Shown here piece after piece: positions 12,046 through 24,000 of a stretch of 64,000 bases of DNA. The notes beneath the pieces were generated by a model. The model searched no databases and was not told where the DNA came from. It saw nothing but the letters and a program-made list of their open reading frames with translations. Source of the stretch: Felis catus (Eukaryota); NCBI RefSeq assembly GCF_018350175.1, contig NC_058368.1, forward strand, positions 82,958,001 to 83,022,000, read 5' to 3'. The position numbers were made by a program, and so were the translations under genes. The first letter of the stretch is position 1, and each line of letters opens with the position of its first letter.

Positions 12046-15000
12046 GTGACTCTAAACCCATCTTTCTAAAATAAAACTGAATGTAAATGGACTAAATGCG
12101 CCAACCAAAAGACAGGGTATCAGAATGGATAAAAAAAACAAGACCCATTGGTTGCTGTCTACAAGAGACTCATTTTATACCCGAGGACACATTCAGATTG
12201 AGAGTGAGGGGATAGAGAACTATTTATCATGCTACTGGAAGTCAAAAGAAATCTGTAGTAGCCATACTTATATCAGACAAACTAGACTTTAAAGGCTGTA
12301 GCAAGAGATGTAGAAGGGCATTATGTAATAATCACAGGGTCTATCCATCAGGAAGAGCTAACAATTATAAATGTCTATGTGCTGAAATAAGGACCCCCGA
12401 ATATATAAAACAATTACTCACAAACATAAGCAACCTTATTGATAAGAATGTGGTAGTTGCAGGGGACTTTAACACTCCACTTACAGAAATGGATAGATCA
12501 TCTAGACACATGGTCAATAAAGAAACAAGGGCCCTGAATGATACATTGGATCTTGACAGATGGACTTGACAGATATATTTAGAACTCTGCATCCCAAGCA
12601 ACAGAATATACTTTCCTCTCTAGTGCACATGGAACATTCTCCAAGATAGATAACATACTGGGTCACAAAACAGATATATTTAGATGGACTTGACAGATAT
12701 ATTTAGAACTCTGCATCCCAAGCAACAGAATATACTTTCCTCTCGAGTGCACATGGAACATTCTCCAAGATAGATAACATACTGGGTCACAAAACAGCCC
12801 TTCACAAGTATACACGAATTGAAATCATACCATGAACACTTTCAGACCACAATGCAATGAAGCTTGAAATCAACCACAGGAAAAAGTCTGGAAAAACTCC
12901 AAAAGCATGGAGGTTAAAGAACGCCCTACTAAAGAATGAGTGGGTCAACCAGGCAATTAGAGAAGAAATTTTAAAAAATATATTTAAAAAAATGAAAATG
13001 AAAATACAATCAAAACACTTTGGAATGCAGCGAAGGCAGTCCTGAGAGGAAAATACATTGCAATCTAGGCCTAGCCCCAGAAACAAGAAAAATTCCAAAT
13101 ACAAAATCTAACAGCACACCTAAAGGAAATAGAAGCAGAACAGCAAAGACAGCCTAAAGCCATCAGAAGAAGAGAAATAATAAACATCATAGCAGAAATA
13201 AACAATATAGAATCTAAAAAAGCTGTAGAGCAGATCAATGAAACCAAGAGTTGTTTCTTGAAAAAAGAAATAAAATTGATAAACCTCTAGCCAGGCTTCT
13301 CAAAAAGAAAAGGGAGATGACCCAAATAGATAAAATCATGAATGAAAATGGAATGATTACAACCAATCCCTCAGAAATACAAACAATTATCAGGGAATAC
13401 TATGAAAAATTATATGCCAACAAACCGGACAACCTGTAATAAATGGACAAATTCCTAAACACCCACATGCTTCCAAAAGTCAATCAGGAGGAAATAGAAA
13501 GCTTGAACAGACCCATAACCAGCGAAGAAATTGAATGAGTCATCAAAAATCTCCCAACAAATCAGAGTCCAGGACCACATGGCTTCCCAGGGGAGTTCTA
13601 CCAGACATTTAAAGCAGAGATAATACCTATCCTTCTCAACCTATTCCAAAAAATAGAAAGGGAAAGAAAACTTCCAGACTCATTCTATGAAGCCATTATT
13701 ACTTTGATTCCTAAACCACACAGAGACCCAGTAAAAAAAGAGAACTACAGGCCAATATCCCTGATGAATATGGATGCAAAAATTCTTAATAAGATACTAG
13801 CAAATCGAATTCAACAGCATATAAAAAGAATTAATCACCATGATCAAGTGGGATTCATTCCTGGGATGCAAGACCAGTTCAACATTCGCAAATCAGTGTG
13901 TTTCATCACATTAAGAAAAGATATGAACGATATGATCTTGTCCATCGATGCAGAAAAGGCCTTTGACAAATTAAGCAACATTTCTTAATAAAAACCCTCG
14001 AGAAAGTCGGGATAGAAGGAACATACTTAAACATCATAAAAGCCATTTATGAAAAGCCCACAGCTAACATCATCCTCCATGGGGAAAAACTGAGAGCTTT
14101 TTCCCTGAGATCAGGAACACGACAGGGATGTTCACTCTCGCCGCTGTTATTTAACACAGTGTTGGAAGTTCTAGCATCAGCAATCAGACAACAAAAGGAA
14201 ATCAAAGGCATTCAAATTGACAAAGATGAAGTTAAGCTTTCACTTTTTGCAGATGACATGATATTATACATGGAAAATCCGATAGACTCCACCAGTAGTC
14301 TGCTAGAACTGATACATGAATTCAGCAAAGTGGCAGGATACAAAATCAATGTACAGAAATCAGTTGCATTCTTATACACTAACAATGAAGCAACAGAAAG
14401 ACAAATAAAGAAACTGATCCCATTCACAACTGCACCAAGAAGCATAAAATACCTAGGAATAAATCTAACCAAAGATGTAAAAGATCTGTATGCTGAAAAC
14501 TATAGAAAGCTTATGAAGGTAATTTAAGAAGATATAAAGAAATGGAAATACATTCCCCGATCATGGATTGGAAGAAAAAATATTGTCAAATGTCAATACT
14601 ACCCAAAGCTATCTACACATTCAATGCGATCCCAATCAAAATTGCACCAGCATTCTTCTCGAAACTAGAACAAGCAATCCTAAAATTCATATGGAACCAC
14701 AAAAGGCCTCGAATAGCCAAAGGACTTTTGAAGAAGAAGACCAAAGCAGGAGGCATCACAATCCCAGACTTTAGCCTCTACTACAAAGCTGTCATCATCA
14801 CGACAGCATGGTATTGGCAGAGAAACAGACACATAGACCAACAGAATAGAAAAGAAACTCCAGAACTAGACCCACAAACGTATGGCCAACTCATCTTTGA
14901 CAAAGCAGGAAAGAACATCCAATGGAAAAAAGACAGTCTCTTTAACAAATGGTGCTGGGAGAACTGGATAGCAACATGCAGAAGGTTGAAACTAGACCCC

Positions 15001-15934
15001 TTTCTCACACCATTCACAAAAGAAACTCAAAATGGATAAAGGACCTAAATGTGAGACAGGAAAGCATCAAAACCTTAGAGGAGAAAGCAGGAAAAGACCT
15101 CTCTGACCTCAGCCGTAGCAATCTCTTACTCGACACATCCCCAAAGGCAACGGAATTAAAAGCAAAAATGAACTACTGGGACCTTATGAAGATAAAAAGT
15201 TTCTGCACAGCAAAGGAAACAACCAACAAAACTAAAAGGCAACCAACGGAATTGGAGAAGATATTTGCAAATGACATATCGGACAAAGGACTAGTTTCCA
15301 AAATGTATAAAGAGCTCACCAAACTCCACACCCGAAAAACAAATAATCCAGTGAAGAAATGGGGCGAAACACGAATAGACACTTCTCTAAAGACATCCAA
15401 ATGGCCAACAGGGACATGAAAAGATGCTCAACGTTGCTCCTCATCAGGGAATTACAAATCAAAACCACACTCAGATATCACCTCACGCCAGAGTGGTCAA
15501 AATGCTGGAGAGGATGTGGAGAAACGGGAACCTTCTTGCACTGTTGGTGGGAATGCAAATTGGTGCAGCCACTCTGGACAACAGTGTGGAAGTTCCTCAG
15601 AAAATTAAAAATAGACCTACCCTATGACCCAGCAATAGCACTGCTAGGAATTTATCCAAGGGATACAGGATCACTGATGCCCTTGTACCCCAATGTTTAT
15701 AACAGCACTCTCAACAATAGCCAAATTATGAAAGGAGCCTAAATGTCCATCAACTGATGAATGGATAAAAAATTGTGGTTTATATATACAATGAAGTACT
15801 ATGTGGCAATGAGAAAGAATGAAATATGGCCCTTTGTAGCAACGTGGATGGAACTGGAGAGTGTGATGCTAAGTGAAATAAGCCATACAGAGAAATACAG
15901 ATACCATATGGTTTCACTCTTATGTGGATCCTGA
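12046..15934 (+). pseudogene. L1 ORF2 remnant of L1 #2
   Basis: Start mutated to GTG. Fragments include [43 protein letters not shown] and [13 protein letters not shown]. Multiple stops and frameshifts plus an internal duplication. Confidence 0.95.
12558..12797 (+). repeat. 116-bp direct duplication with an 8-nt linker inside ORF2
   Basis: 12558-12673 and 12682-12797 differ at one base (12621 t vs 12745 g). Confidence 0.97.
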
Positions 15935-16700
15935 GAAACTTAGCAGAAACCCATGGGGAAGGGGAAGGAAAAAATAAAAGAAGTTAGAGTGGAAGAGAGC
16001 CAAAGCATAAGTGAGTCTTCAAAGCAGAAAAAACTGAGGGTTGATTGGGGGTGGGAGGGAGGAGAGGGTGGGTGATGGGTATTGAGGAGGGCACCTGTTG
16101 GGATGAGCACTGGGTGTGGTATGGAAACCAATTTGACAATAAACTTCATATACTGAAAAAAAAAATAAACCCTTATTTTGGGACAGAGGAAAAAAAACTA
16201 TATGTGATCCAGTAATCTAACTCATGAGTATATATCCAAGGAATTTAAATCATGATCCCAAAGAGATATCTGCATGTTTTTCACAGTATTAATCACAACA
16301 GCAAACACTTGAAAAAACCTAACTTTCTCTCCATGGATCAATGAATTTAAGAATGTGATTATCTATCTATCTGTCTATCTATGTATCTAATATAAGAAGA
16401 AATCCATATCTTTTGTGACACTGACTTTTGGGAATTGTACTAAATGAAAAGTCACACCAAATAAGAAAACTTATATAAGGAATGTCAAAAAGAAAAACTC
16501 ATTGAATGAGAAAGTAGATTGGTAGTTATCAGTGGCTGAGGAGAGGAGAAATGTGGAGATGTTGGTCAAAGGGTACAAACTTCCAGTTGTTATATGAATA
16601 AGTTTTGGGGATCCAATGATATTATGGTAGCTGTACTTAACAGCATAGTATTGTATACTTGAAGGTTTTTAGAGTAAATGTTAAAAGTTCTCACCACAAA

Positions 16701-16722
16701 CACACACACACACACACACACA
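16701..16722. repeat. (CA)11 microsatellite
   Basis: Perfect CA run within an L1 3'UTR. Confidence 0.9.
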
Positions 16723-16899
16723 CTCATACACAAGCATGAACACAAAAGGTAACTATGTAAGGTGATGAATGTTTTAGCTAACCTTATTATGTTATCATTT
16801 CACAATATACAAATAAGCTTATCAAATAATCTTGTTTTACACCTTAAATTTACACAATGTTATATGTCAAGCATATCTCAATTAATACAGAGAAACTAA

Positions 16900-18210
16900 A
16901 TGAAATTTATACAGTAATGCAAAATACCAAATATAGTCAGGAAAAAAAATGAAGACAAAAAGAGAAAAAACACAGATTATTATCAAAACCTGTTTTAAGG
17001 TTACAAAAATCAGCACGTGTTATTTTGGCAAAAATAGAAAAATAGACAAAGAGAAGAATATCACCAGTCCATTAATTGTCCCACACAGATACCTGATTTA
17101 TAAAATGCCACCACTGGAAGTTTTATCAATAAATAGTTCTAGATCAATTGCAATGATTTTACACATGTGCAAAAATAATTTTAAAGGAAATATAAAGCTT
17201 ACATGGCATAATATCTTCATGCATTTGTATAGGCAAATACTTCTTAAGGAAGACCAAAAGTAAAGCTATGAAATAAAAGATTGAGAAATTTGTCTTTATA
17301 AGAGAGAAAAATTTTGGCTTACCAGCAAAAAGGAAAATACTATCTGCACACAGGTAGATGTTTGCATTACATGTTTTGGGAAAATGGTATCCAAAATATG
17401 CAAATAATTCCTAACAAATCAATAAGGAAAGAATGATCTCTGCCTTCTCACCCTAAAAATCATTGTCAAACACTTGATTATACAATATCCAATGTCTGAT
17501 AAACATTAAAAACATTGTACAGATCACACTTTCTAATAAAGATACATTAAAACTACAATGGAAACACATTGCAGTGGCTAAAATTAAAATTTCTGCTAAT
17601 ATCAATGTTGGCAAGAATGTTGAACAACTGGCATTCTCAACTCTCAACTAAACACAATAGAGTATAAGCAGGCATAAAAATTCTGGGTAGGTTTGGCATA
17701 ATTTAGTACCACCCATCAAATTACAACTCATGAACCAATAATTCCACTGTGTTTTATTTACCAAAAAGAAATGGAAGATGAATCCCTAAGGTAACAAGTA
17801 GAGAAATGTTAACAAGCAGTTTAATTCACAATAGCTCCAAACAGGAGGTAAATCAAATGGCCATCAAGAAAAGAAGTGATAAATGTAGTATAATAATATA
17901 ATGAAATACAACATAATATTGAACAGGAAGTTTCAATAAAGGACAAGCACAACAATGTGAGTGAATCTCCAAAACTGGTGTTCAGCAAAAGAAACATGGC
18001 AGATTTAACAATGATATATTAGAATAGTGGTTGCCTTTTTGGAGGTATTAATTCAAAGGAAGCAAAAAGGAGAATCTAAGTGTATTATAAATATTCTAAA
18101 TCTTGATCTTCGTTGTAGTTACACAGGCATACACATATATAAAATTCATCAAGCTATGAACTTGAATTTTGTGTTAACTTCATTAAGTAAAATTTGTATT
18201 AACTCTAACA
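16900..18210 (+). mobile_element. Very old L1 3' fragment (L1MC/MD/ME-like)
   Basis: Highly degenerate ORF2 end (caatgttggcaagaatgttgaacaactggcattctca) and 3' end (tattctaaatcttgatct...aaaattcatcaagctatgaacttga). Confidence 0.6.
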
Positions 18211-18402
18211 AATTATTCTTTGAAAATAATATATTTCAGCTAATCTTCCATTTCAAATTTTCTTACTATTCATGACCTTTTACCTACTTTATTTACATTT
18301 CACTCCTTTATATTTAGATGCTGGTGTATTAGTTGCAGGTATGCAAAATTATGATTCAACAATTCTGTATATTTCCTGTTGCTCTTCAAGAGAAGTGTAC
18401 TC

Positions 18403-19993
18403 TTTTTAAAGTTTTAATTTAAATAGGCGTTAGTGAATAGTGAGTTTTGTTTCAGGTTTACAATATAATGATTCAACATTTATGAACAACACCCAGTGTT
18501 CATCACAGTAAGTGAACTCCTTAATTCTATGGCCTATTTATCCCAACCCCCTACCCACCACCATTCTGGTAACACTGAGTTTGTTCTCCGTAATTAAGAG
18601 TCTGTTTCTCTTGTGCTTTTTTACTCCTTTGCTTCTTTGTTTTGTTTCTTCAATTCCACACATGGGTGAAATCATATGTTATTTGTCTTTTACTGACTAT
18701 TTTGCTTAGCACGGTACTCTCTAGCTGTCTCCATGTTGTGGCAAATTTAGCTGAGTAATATTTCATTGTATATATGTACCACACCTTCTTTATATATTCA
18801 TCAGCTGATGAACACTTGGTCTGCTCCATAATTTGGCCATCATATATAAATTACTATAAATATCAGTGTGCACGTACTCTTTTGAATTCGTATTTTTTTA
18901 TTCATTGGGTAAATACTAGTGCAAATGCTGGATCTAGGTTAGTTCTATTTTTATCTTTTTGAAAGAATCTCCACATGGTTTTCCAGAGTTGCTGCACCAG
19001 GTTGCATTCCCACCAACAGAGAGACAGTGTTCCTCTTTCTTCACATCTTTGCCAATACTTATTGTGTTCTTTTAAGGACTAGCCTTTTTTTAATGTTTAT
19101 TTATTTTGGGGAGAGAGAGAGAGCAATGGGGGAGGGGCAGAGAGCTAGGGAGACATAGAATCTGGAGCAGGCTCCAGGTTCTGAGCTGTAGGCACAGAGC
19201 CCAACGTGGCGCTTGAACTCACCAGCTATGAGATCATGACCTGAACTGGAAGTTGGACACTTAACTGACTGAGCCACCCTATTATGTCCTTGATTGTAGC
19301 CATTCTGATGGCTGTGAGGTAATATTTCATAGCAGTTTTGATTTGTATATTCCTAATGATCAGTTAGGTTGAGCATCTTTTCATTTGTCTCCTGGCCATA
19401 TGTATGTCTTCTTTGAGAAAAAAAAATTTTTATTCATGTATTCTGTACATTTTTAAATTGGATTATTCATTTTGGATGTTGAATGTCATTAGATATTGAT
19501 GTATTTTATATTAATCATGTATCAGATATATCATTTGCAAACATCTTCTCCCCTTCCATAGGTTACTTTCAATTTTGTTGTTTCCTTCCCTATGCAGAAA
19601 GTTTTAATTTTTATGAAGTCTGAATATTTTATTTTTGCTTTAGTTTCTCTTGCCTCAGGAGACATATCTATAAGGAATATTGAGATGACCAATATTAAAG
19701 AGGTCACTGCTTGTGTTATCTAGGATTTCTAGGATTTCATGTCCCATATTTAGCTCTTTAATCCATTTTGAGTTGATTTTGTGTATGGTGTAAGAAAGCT
19801 TTCCAGATTCATTTATTTGCATGCTGCTATCCAGGTTTCCAAGCATATTTGTTGAAGAGACTGTCTTTATCCCCTTGAATATTCTTTCCAGTTTTGTCAA
19901 ACATTAATTAACCATATAATTGTTGGTTCACTTCTGGGTTATCTATTCTACTCCAACAATCTCTGTGTTTATTTTTTGCCAGTATCATACTGT
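18403..19993 (-). mobile_element. Carnivore L1 3' part, antisense; a short separate L1 3' fragment precedes it at ~18310-18400
   Basis: Reverse-strand 3'UTR (acccagtgttcatcac...) and ORF2 end (ccagagttgctgcaccaggttgcattcccaccaacag). Confidence 0.85.
19085..19278 (-). mobile_element. CanSINE
   Basis: T tail, (GA) tract and ...cttaactgactgagccaccc. The 5'-most bases are missing. Confidence 0.9.
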
Positions 19994-20054
19994 ATTTTTT
20001 AAGTTTAATTTATTTATGAAAGACAAAATATGCCAATTCAAATTACTTAAAAAA

Positions 20055-20258
20055 TTTTTTTAAAGTTTATTTTTGAGACAGAGAGACAGAGCATGAACTG
20101 GGGAGGGTCAGAAAGAGAGGGAGACACAGAATCTGAAACAGGCTCCAGGCTCTGAGCGGTCAGCACAGAGTCTGACGCTGGGGTCCAACTCACGGACCGC
20201 GAGATCATGACCTGAGCCGAAGTCGGACGCTCAACTGACTGAGCCACCAAGGCGCCCC
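20055..20258 (-). mobile_element. SINEC_Fc-type CanSINE
   Basis: Full head ...gagccaccaaggcgcccc. TSD tcaaattactt(aaaaaa) starting at 20038 and 20259. Confidence 0.95.
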
Positions 20259-20279
20259 TCAAATTACTTAAAAAAAAAA

Positions 20280-20995
20280 CTATTTGTATTTCCTTCTTCT
20301 TTTCAGCTTAATTATTTTCCATAACTTTATGTTCTCTGTCAACTACTATCTTCTCTGCTTCTTTAATTCTTGTGACTATACACAGTTTTGCATCTCAGTT
20401 ACAGCACTTTTTATTTCACATTGACCAGTATTTCTGTCTTTTATCTCTGTAGCAAAGGTTTCTATGTTATTTTCTATGTTTTTCCCAAGTACAGTTAGTA
20501 GCCTTATAATTATTGTTGTAAATTCTTGTTCAGATATATAACATATCAGGTTTGAGTAAGTCCCTGGCTGTGATTTCTTCTTGACCTTTCTTTTTGGGAG
20601 AATTCCTCCATCTTGTGATTTTTACTAAGCATCTGTCTTCTGCAAGCATTGAAAGCTTGTTATGTTTCCTGAATCTGAGAGTAATGCTATATTAAAAAGG
20701 TATCATATACTGTCCAGGACCTGAAACTTCAGGAAGTGTTACTGGTGTAGGTTGTGTGCACTTTTCTGTTGTGTTTTGGCTACTCTTTGCCACTGGCCAG
20801 TCCCCTACAAATTTCTCCTTGCTTGCAGTGGGGAGTGTTAGGAACTTTAACTATGTGTGCTTATTCATGTTTCTTAAAATAAGTCTTGAAACTTCCATTC
20901 TGTTTCAACTCCAATCATGCAGATCCTGTTACCAGTCCCCATATCAATTTCTTGGGTGTTCCAAATGTTCTCACCTCACTACAGTTGTGCTTGAG
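20280..20995 (-). mobile_element. Antisense L1 5'UTR plus ORF1 N-terminal fragment
   Basis: The reverse complement contains the ORF1 start region (acaagatggaggaattctcccaaaaagaaaggtcaagaagaaatcacagccagggac) and UTR sequence resembling 2060-2240. Confidence 0.8.
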
Positions 20996-21009
20996 TTTTC
21001 AATAATTAT

Positions 21010-24000
21010 CCAGAGGTATAAATAAGTGGTATAGAAGATAAAATTGTGGAAAATAATGAAGTAGAAAGCAGAGGGAAATAAAGGTGATGGTTCATGAAGG
21101 GAGACTGAGGGAACTCAGTGACTCCAAAACCCAAAACAATATCTCTGTCATTGGAGTCCCAAGAGAAGAGTAATGGTAAAAAAGACAGAAGATTTATTTG
21201 AAAAAATTATAGCTGAGAACTCCCCTAATCTAGGAAAGAAAACAGGCATTTAAGTCCCAGAGACACAGAGAACACCCCTCAAAATCTACAAAAAAAAAAA
21301 AGTCAACACCAAGGCATATCACAGTAAAACTTGCAAAATACAAAGATAGAGAGATTTCTGAAAGAAACTAGTGACAAAATGTCCTTAACCCACAAGGTTA
21401 GACACATAAGTTTAGTAGCCCATCTGTCTACTGAAACTTTGCAGGCCAGAAGGGAGTGGCAGAAAATATTCAATGTGATGGATAGGAAAATATGAAGCCA
21501 AGAATCCTTTATACAGCAAAGCTGTCATTAAAAATAGAAAGTGAAATAAAAGCTTTCTCATAAAAAAACAGTCTGTGAACACTAAGCCAGTTTTGCAAGA
21601 ATTTTTATTGGGACCCTCTGAGTAGAGGAGAAAAAAAAAAGACCAAAACAACAAAGATTACAAGTGGACAGAAAACATCACCAAAACCACCAACTCTACA
21701 GTTAACACAATAAATCTAAATTCATATCTTTTGATAATTACTCAATGTAAATGGATCAAATGCTCCAATCAAAAGACATAGGGTATCAGAATGGAAAATA
21801 TATATATATATATACTCTGCCTACAAGAGACCAATTTTAGACCCAACGATACATACAGATTGAAAATTAAAGGATGAAGAACCATCTATCATGCTAGGGA
21901 CATCAAAAGAAAGATGAAGTAACCATACTTATATCAGAAAAACTATATTTTAAAACCGAGACTGTAACAAGATATGAAGAATGGCATTTCATCATAATTA
22001 AGGGGGTTATCCATCAAGAACAGCTAACAATTATAAATATTTATGGACCTAACTTTGAGGAACCCAAATATATAAATCAACTAGTAACAAGCATAAGTAA
22101 ACTTATTGATAATAATACCATAATATTGGGGGACTTTAATACTTTACTTACAATAATGGAGAGATCTAAGCAGAAAAGCAATGAGGAAACAATGGCTTTG
22201 AATGACACATTGGACTGGATGGACTTAAGAGATAGGTTCAGAGCATTCCTGCTTAAAGCAGTGGGATACAGTTTCTATTCTACTGCATAAGGCACATTCT
22301 ACAGAATAAATCACATACTGGATCACAAATCAGCCCTCAACAGGTGTAAAACTAGCAAGGTCATACCATGCACATTTTGGGATCACAACACTGTGAAACT
22401 TGGAAGTCAACCAGAAAAAAAAAATTGGAAATCCCTGCAATACATGGAATTTAAATAACATCCTACTAAAGAAGTAATTGTTTAACGAGTAAGTTAAGGA
22501 ATAAAATAAAACTACATTGAAGCAAATGAAAATGAAAACATTACAGCCAAAATCTTTAGGATGCAACAAAGGCAGGCATAAGAGAAAAGTATACTGCAAT
22601 CAGGCCTATCTCAAGGTACAGGAAAGGTCCATAACACAAAATCTAACCTTACATCTAAAGGAACTATAAAAGGAAAAGCAAGTAAAGACTAAAGTCAGAA
22701 AAATAAGACATTAGATTAAAGATTAGAGTAGAAATAAATGATATAGAAGCAAACAAATGAACAAGAACAAAAAAAAACAGTAGGACATATCAACAAAATG
22801 AAGAGCTGGTTCTTTGAAAGAATTTTTAAAAAATTGTAGATGACATAACACCCTATGTAGGACCACCCCCCCCCGCCAAAAAAACACACAGAAAATTTCT
22901 AGAAATGATACATGAATTTAACAAAGCCACAAGATATAAAATCAACACGCACAAATCTGGAACAGATCCATGTGCAAATGCACCCAAGAAAAAAAAGTAC
23001 ATAGGAATAAACTAACTAAAGAGGTAAAAGATCTATACTCTGAAAACTATAGAATAATTACAAAAGAAAATGAAGAGGACACAAAGAAATGGAAAAGCAT
23101 TCCCTGTTTTTCGATTGGAAGAACAAATATTGTTAAAATATCTATACTACCCAAAGCAATATACATATTGAACGCAATACCTATCAAAATACCACCAACA
23201 TTTTTCACAGAGCTAAAACAAACAATACCAAAATTGTATGGAACTCAAAAAACATCCTGAATATCCAAAGCAATCCTGAAAATGAAAAAAAAACTGGAGG
23301 CATAATGATTCCATATTTTAAGCTATATTACCAAGCTGTGGACATTAAGACAGTATGATACTAGCACAGAAACAGACACATAGGTCAATGAAATAGAATA
23401 GAAAATCCAGAGATGAGCCCACAGCTATATGGTCAACTCATCTTACACAAATCAAGAAAGAATATCAAATGTAAAAAGACAGTCTCTTCAACAAATTGTG
23501 TTGGGAAAATTTGACAGCAACATGTAGAATAAATTTGGACCACTTTCTTACACCATACACAGAAATAAATTCAAAATTCATGATAAACCTAAATGTGGGA
23601 CAGGAAACCATCAAAATCCTAGAGGACAACAAAGGCAGTCATCATTTTGATCTTGGGTGTAGCAGCAACTTCCTAGACATGTTGTGAAAGGCAAAGGAAG
23701 CAAAAGTGAACATGATCTATTGGGACTTCATCAAAATAAAAAACCTCTGCACAATGATGGAAACAATCAACAAAACTAATAGGCAGCCTATAGAATGGGA
23801 GAAGATATTTGCAAATGACATATCTGATAAAGGGTTAGTATTAAAAATCTAGAAACAATATATCACACTCAACACCCCCCAAAAATAATAATCCAATGAA
23901 AAAATGGGGAGAAGACATGAATATGCCTTTTTCCAAAGAAGACATCCAGATGTCTAACAGACACATGAAAGATGTTCAACGTCACTCATCATCAAGAAAA

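Larger units (their letters stand above)
10187..16193 (+). mobile_element. Full-length felid LINE-1 (L1 #2, L1_Fc-like), appears to be the youngest long L1 here, inactive
   Basis: GC/CpG-rich 5'UTR, ORF1 11112-11995, ORF2 ~12046-15934, 3'UTR and poly(A). TSD aaaactatatg at 10176-10186 and 16194-16204. Confidence 0.96.
8992..16895 (+). mobile_element. Old L1 (L1MA-like) ORF2 3' half and 3'UTR, split by L1 #2
   Basis: The degenerate ORF2 at 8992-10186 (...aaaataaaactatatg) resumes at 16205 (tgatccagtaatc...). L1MA-type 3' end (ggtcaaagggtacaaacttccagtt...caccttaaatttacacaatgttatatgtcaa). Confidence 0.8.

Noticed and set aside
15954..16095. G-run clusters with G-quadruplex potential (also 7205-7340 and 8352-8490)
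   Set aside because: A standard G-rich tract of L1 3'UTRs, not specific to this locus.
10187..16193. L1 #2 as a retrotransposition-competent element
   Set aside because: ORF1 and ORF2 both carry several frameshifts and stops, and ORF2 has lost its ATG.
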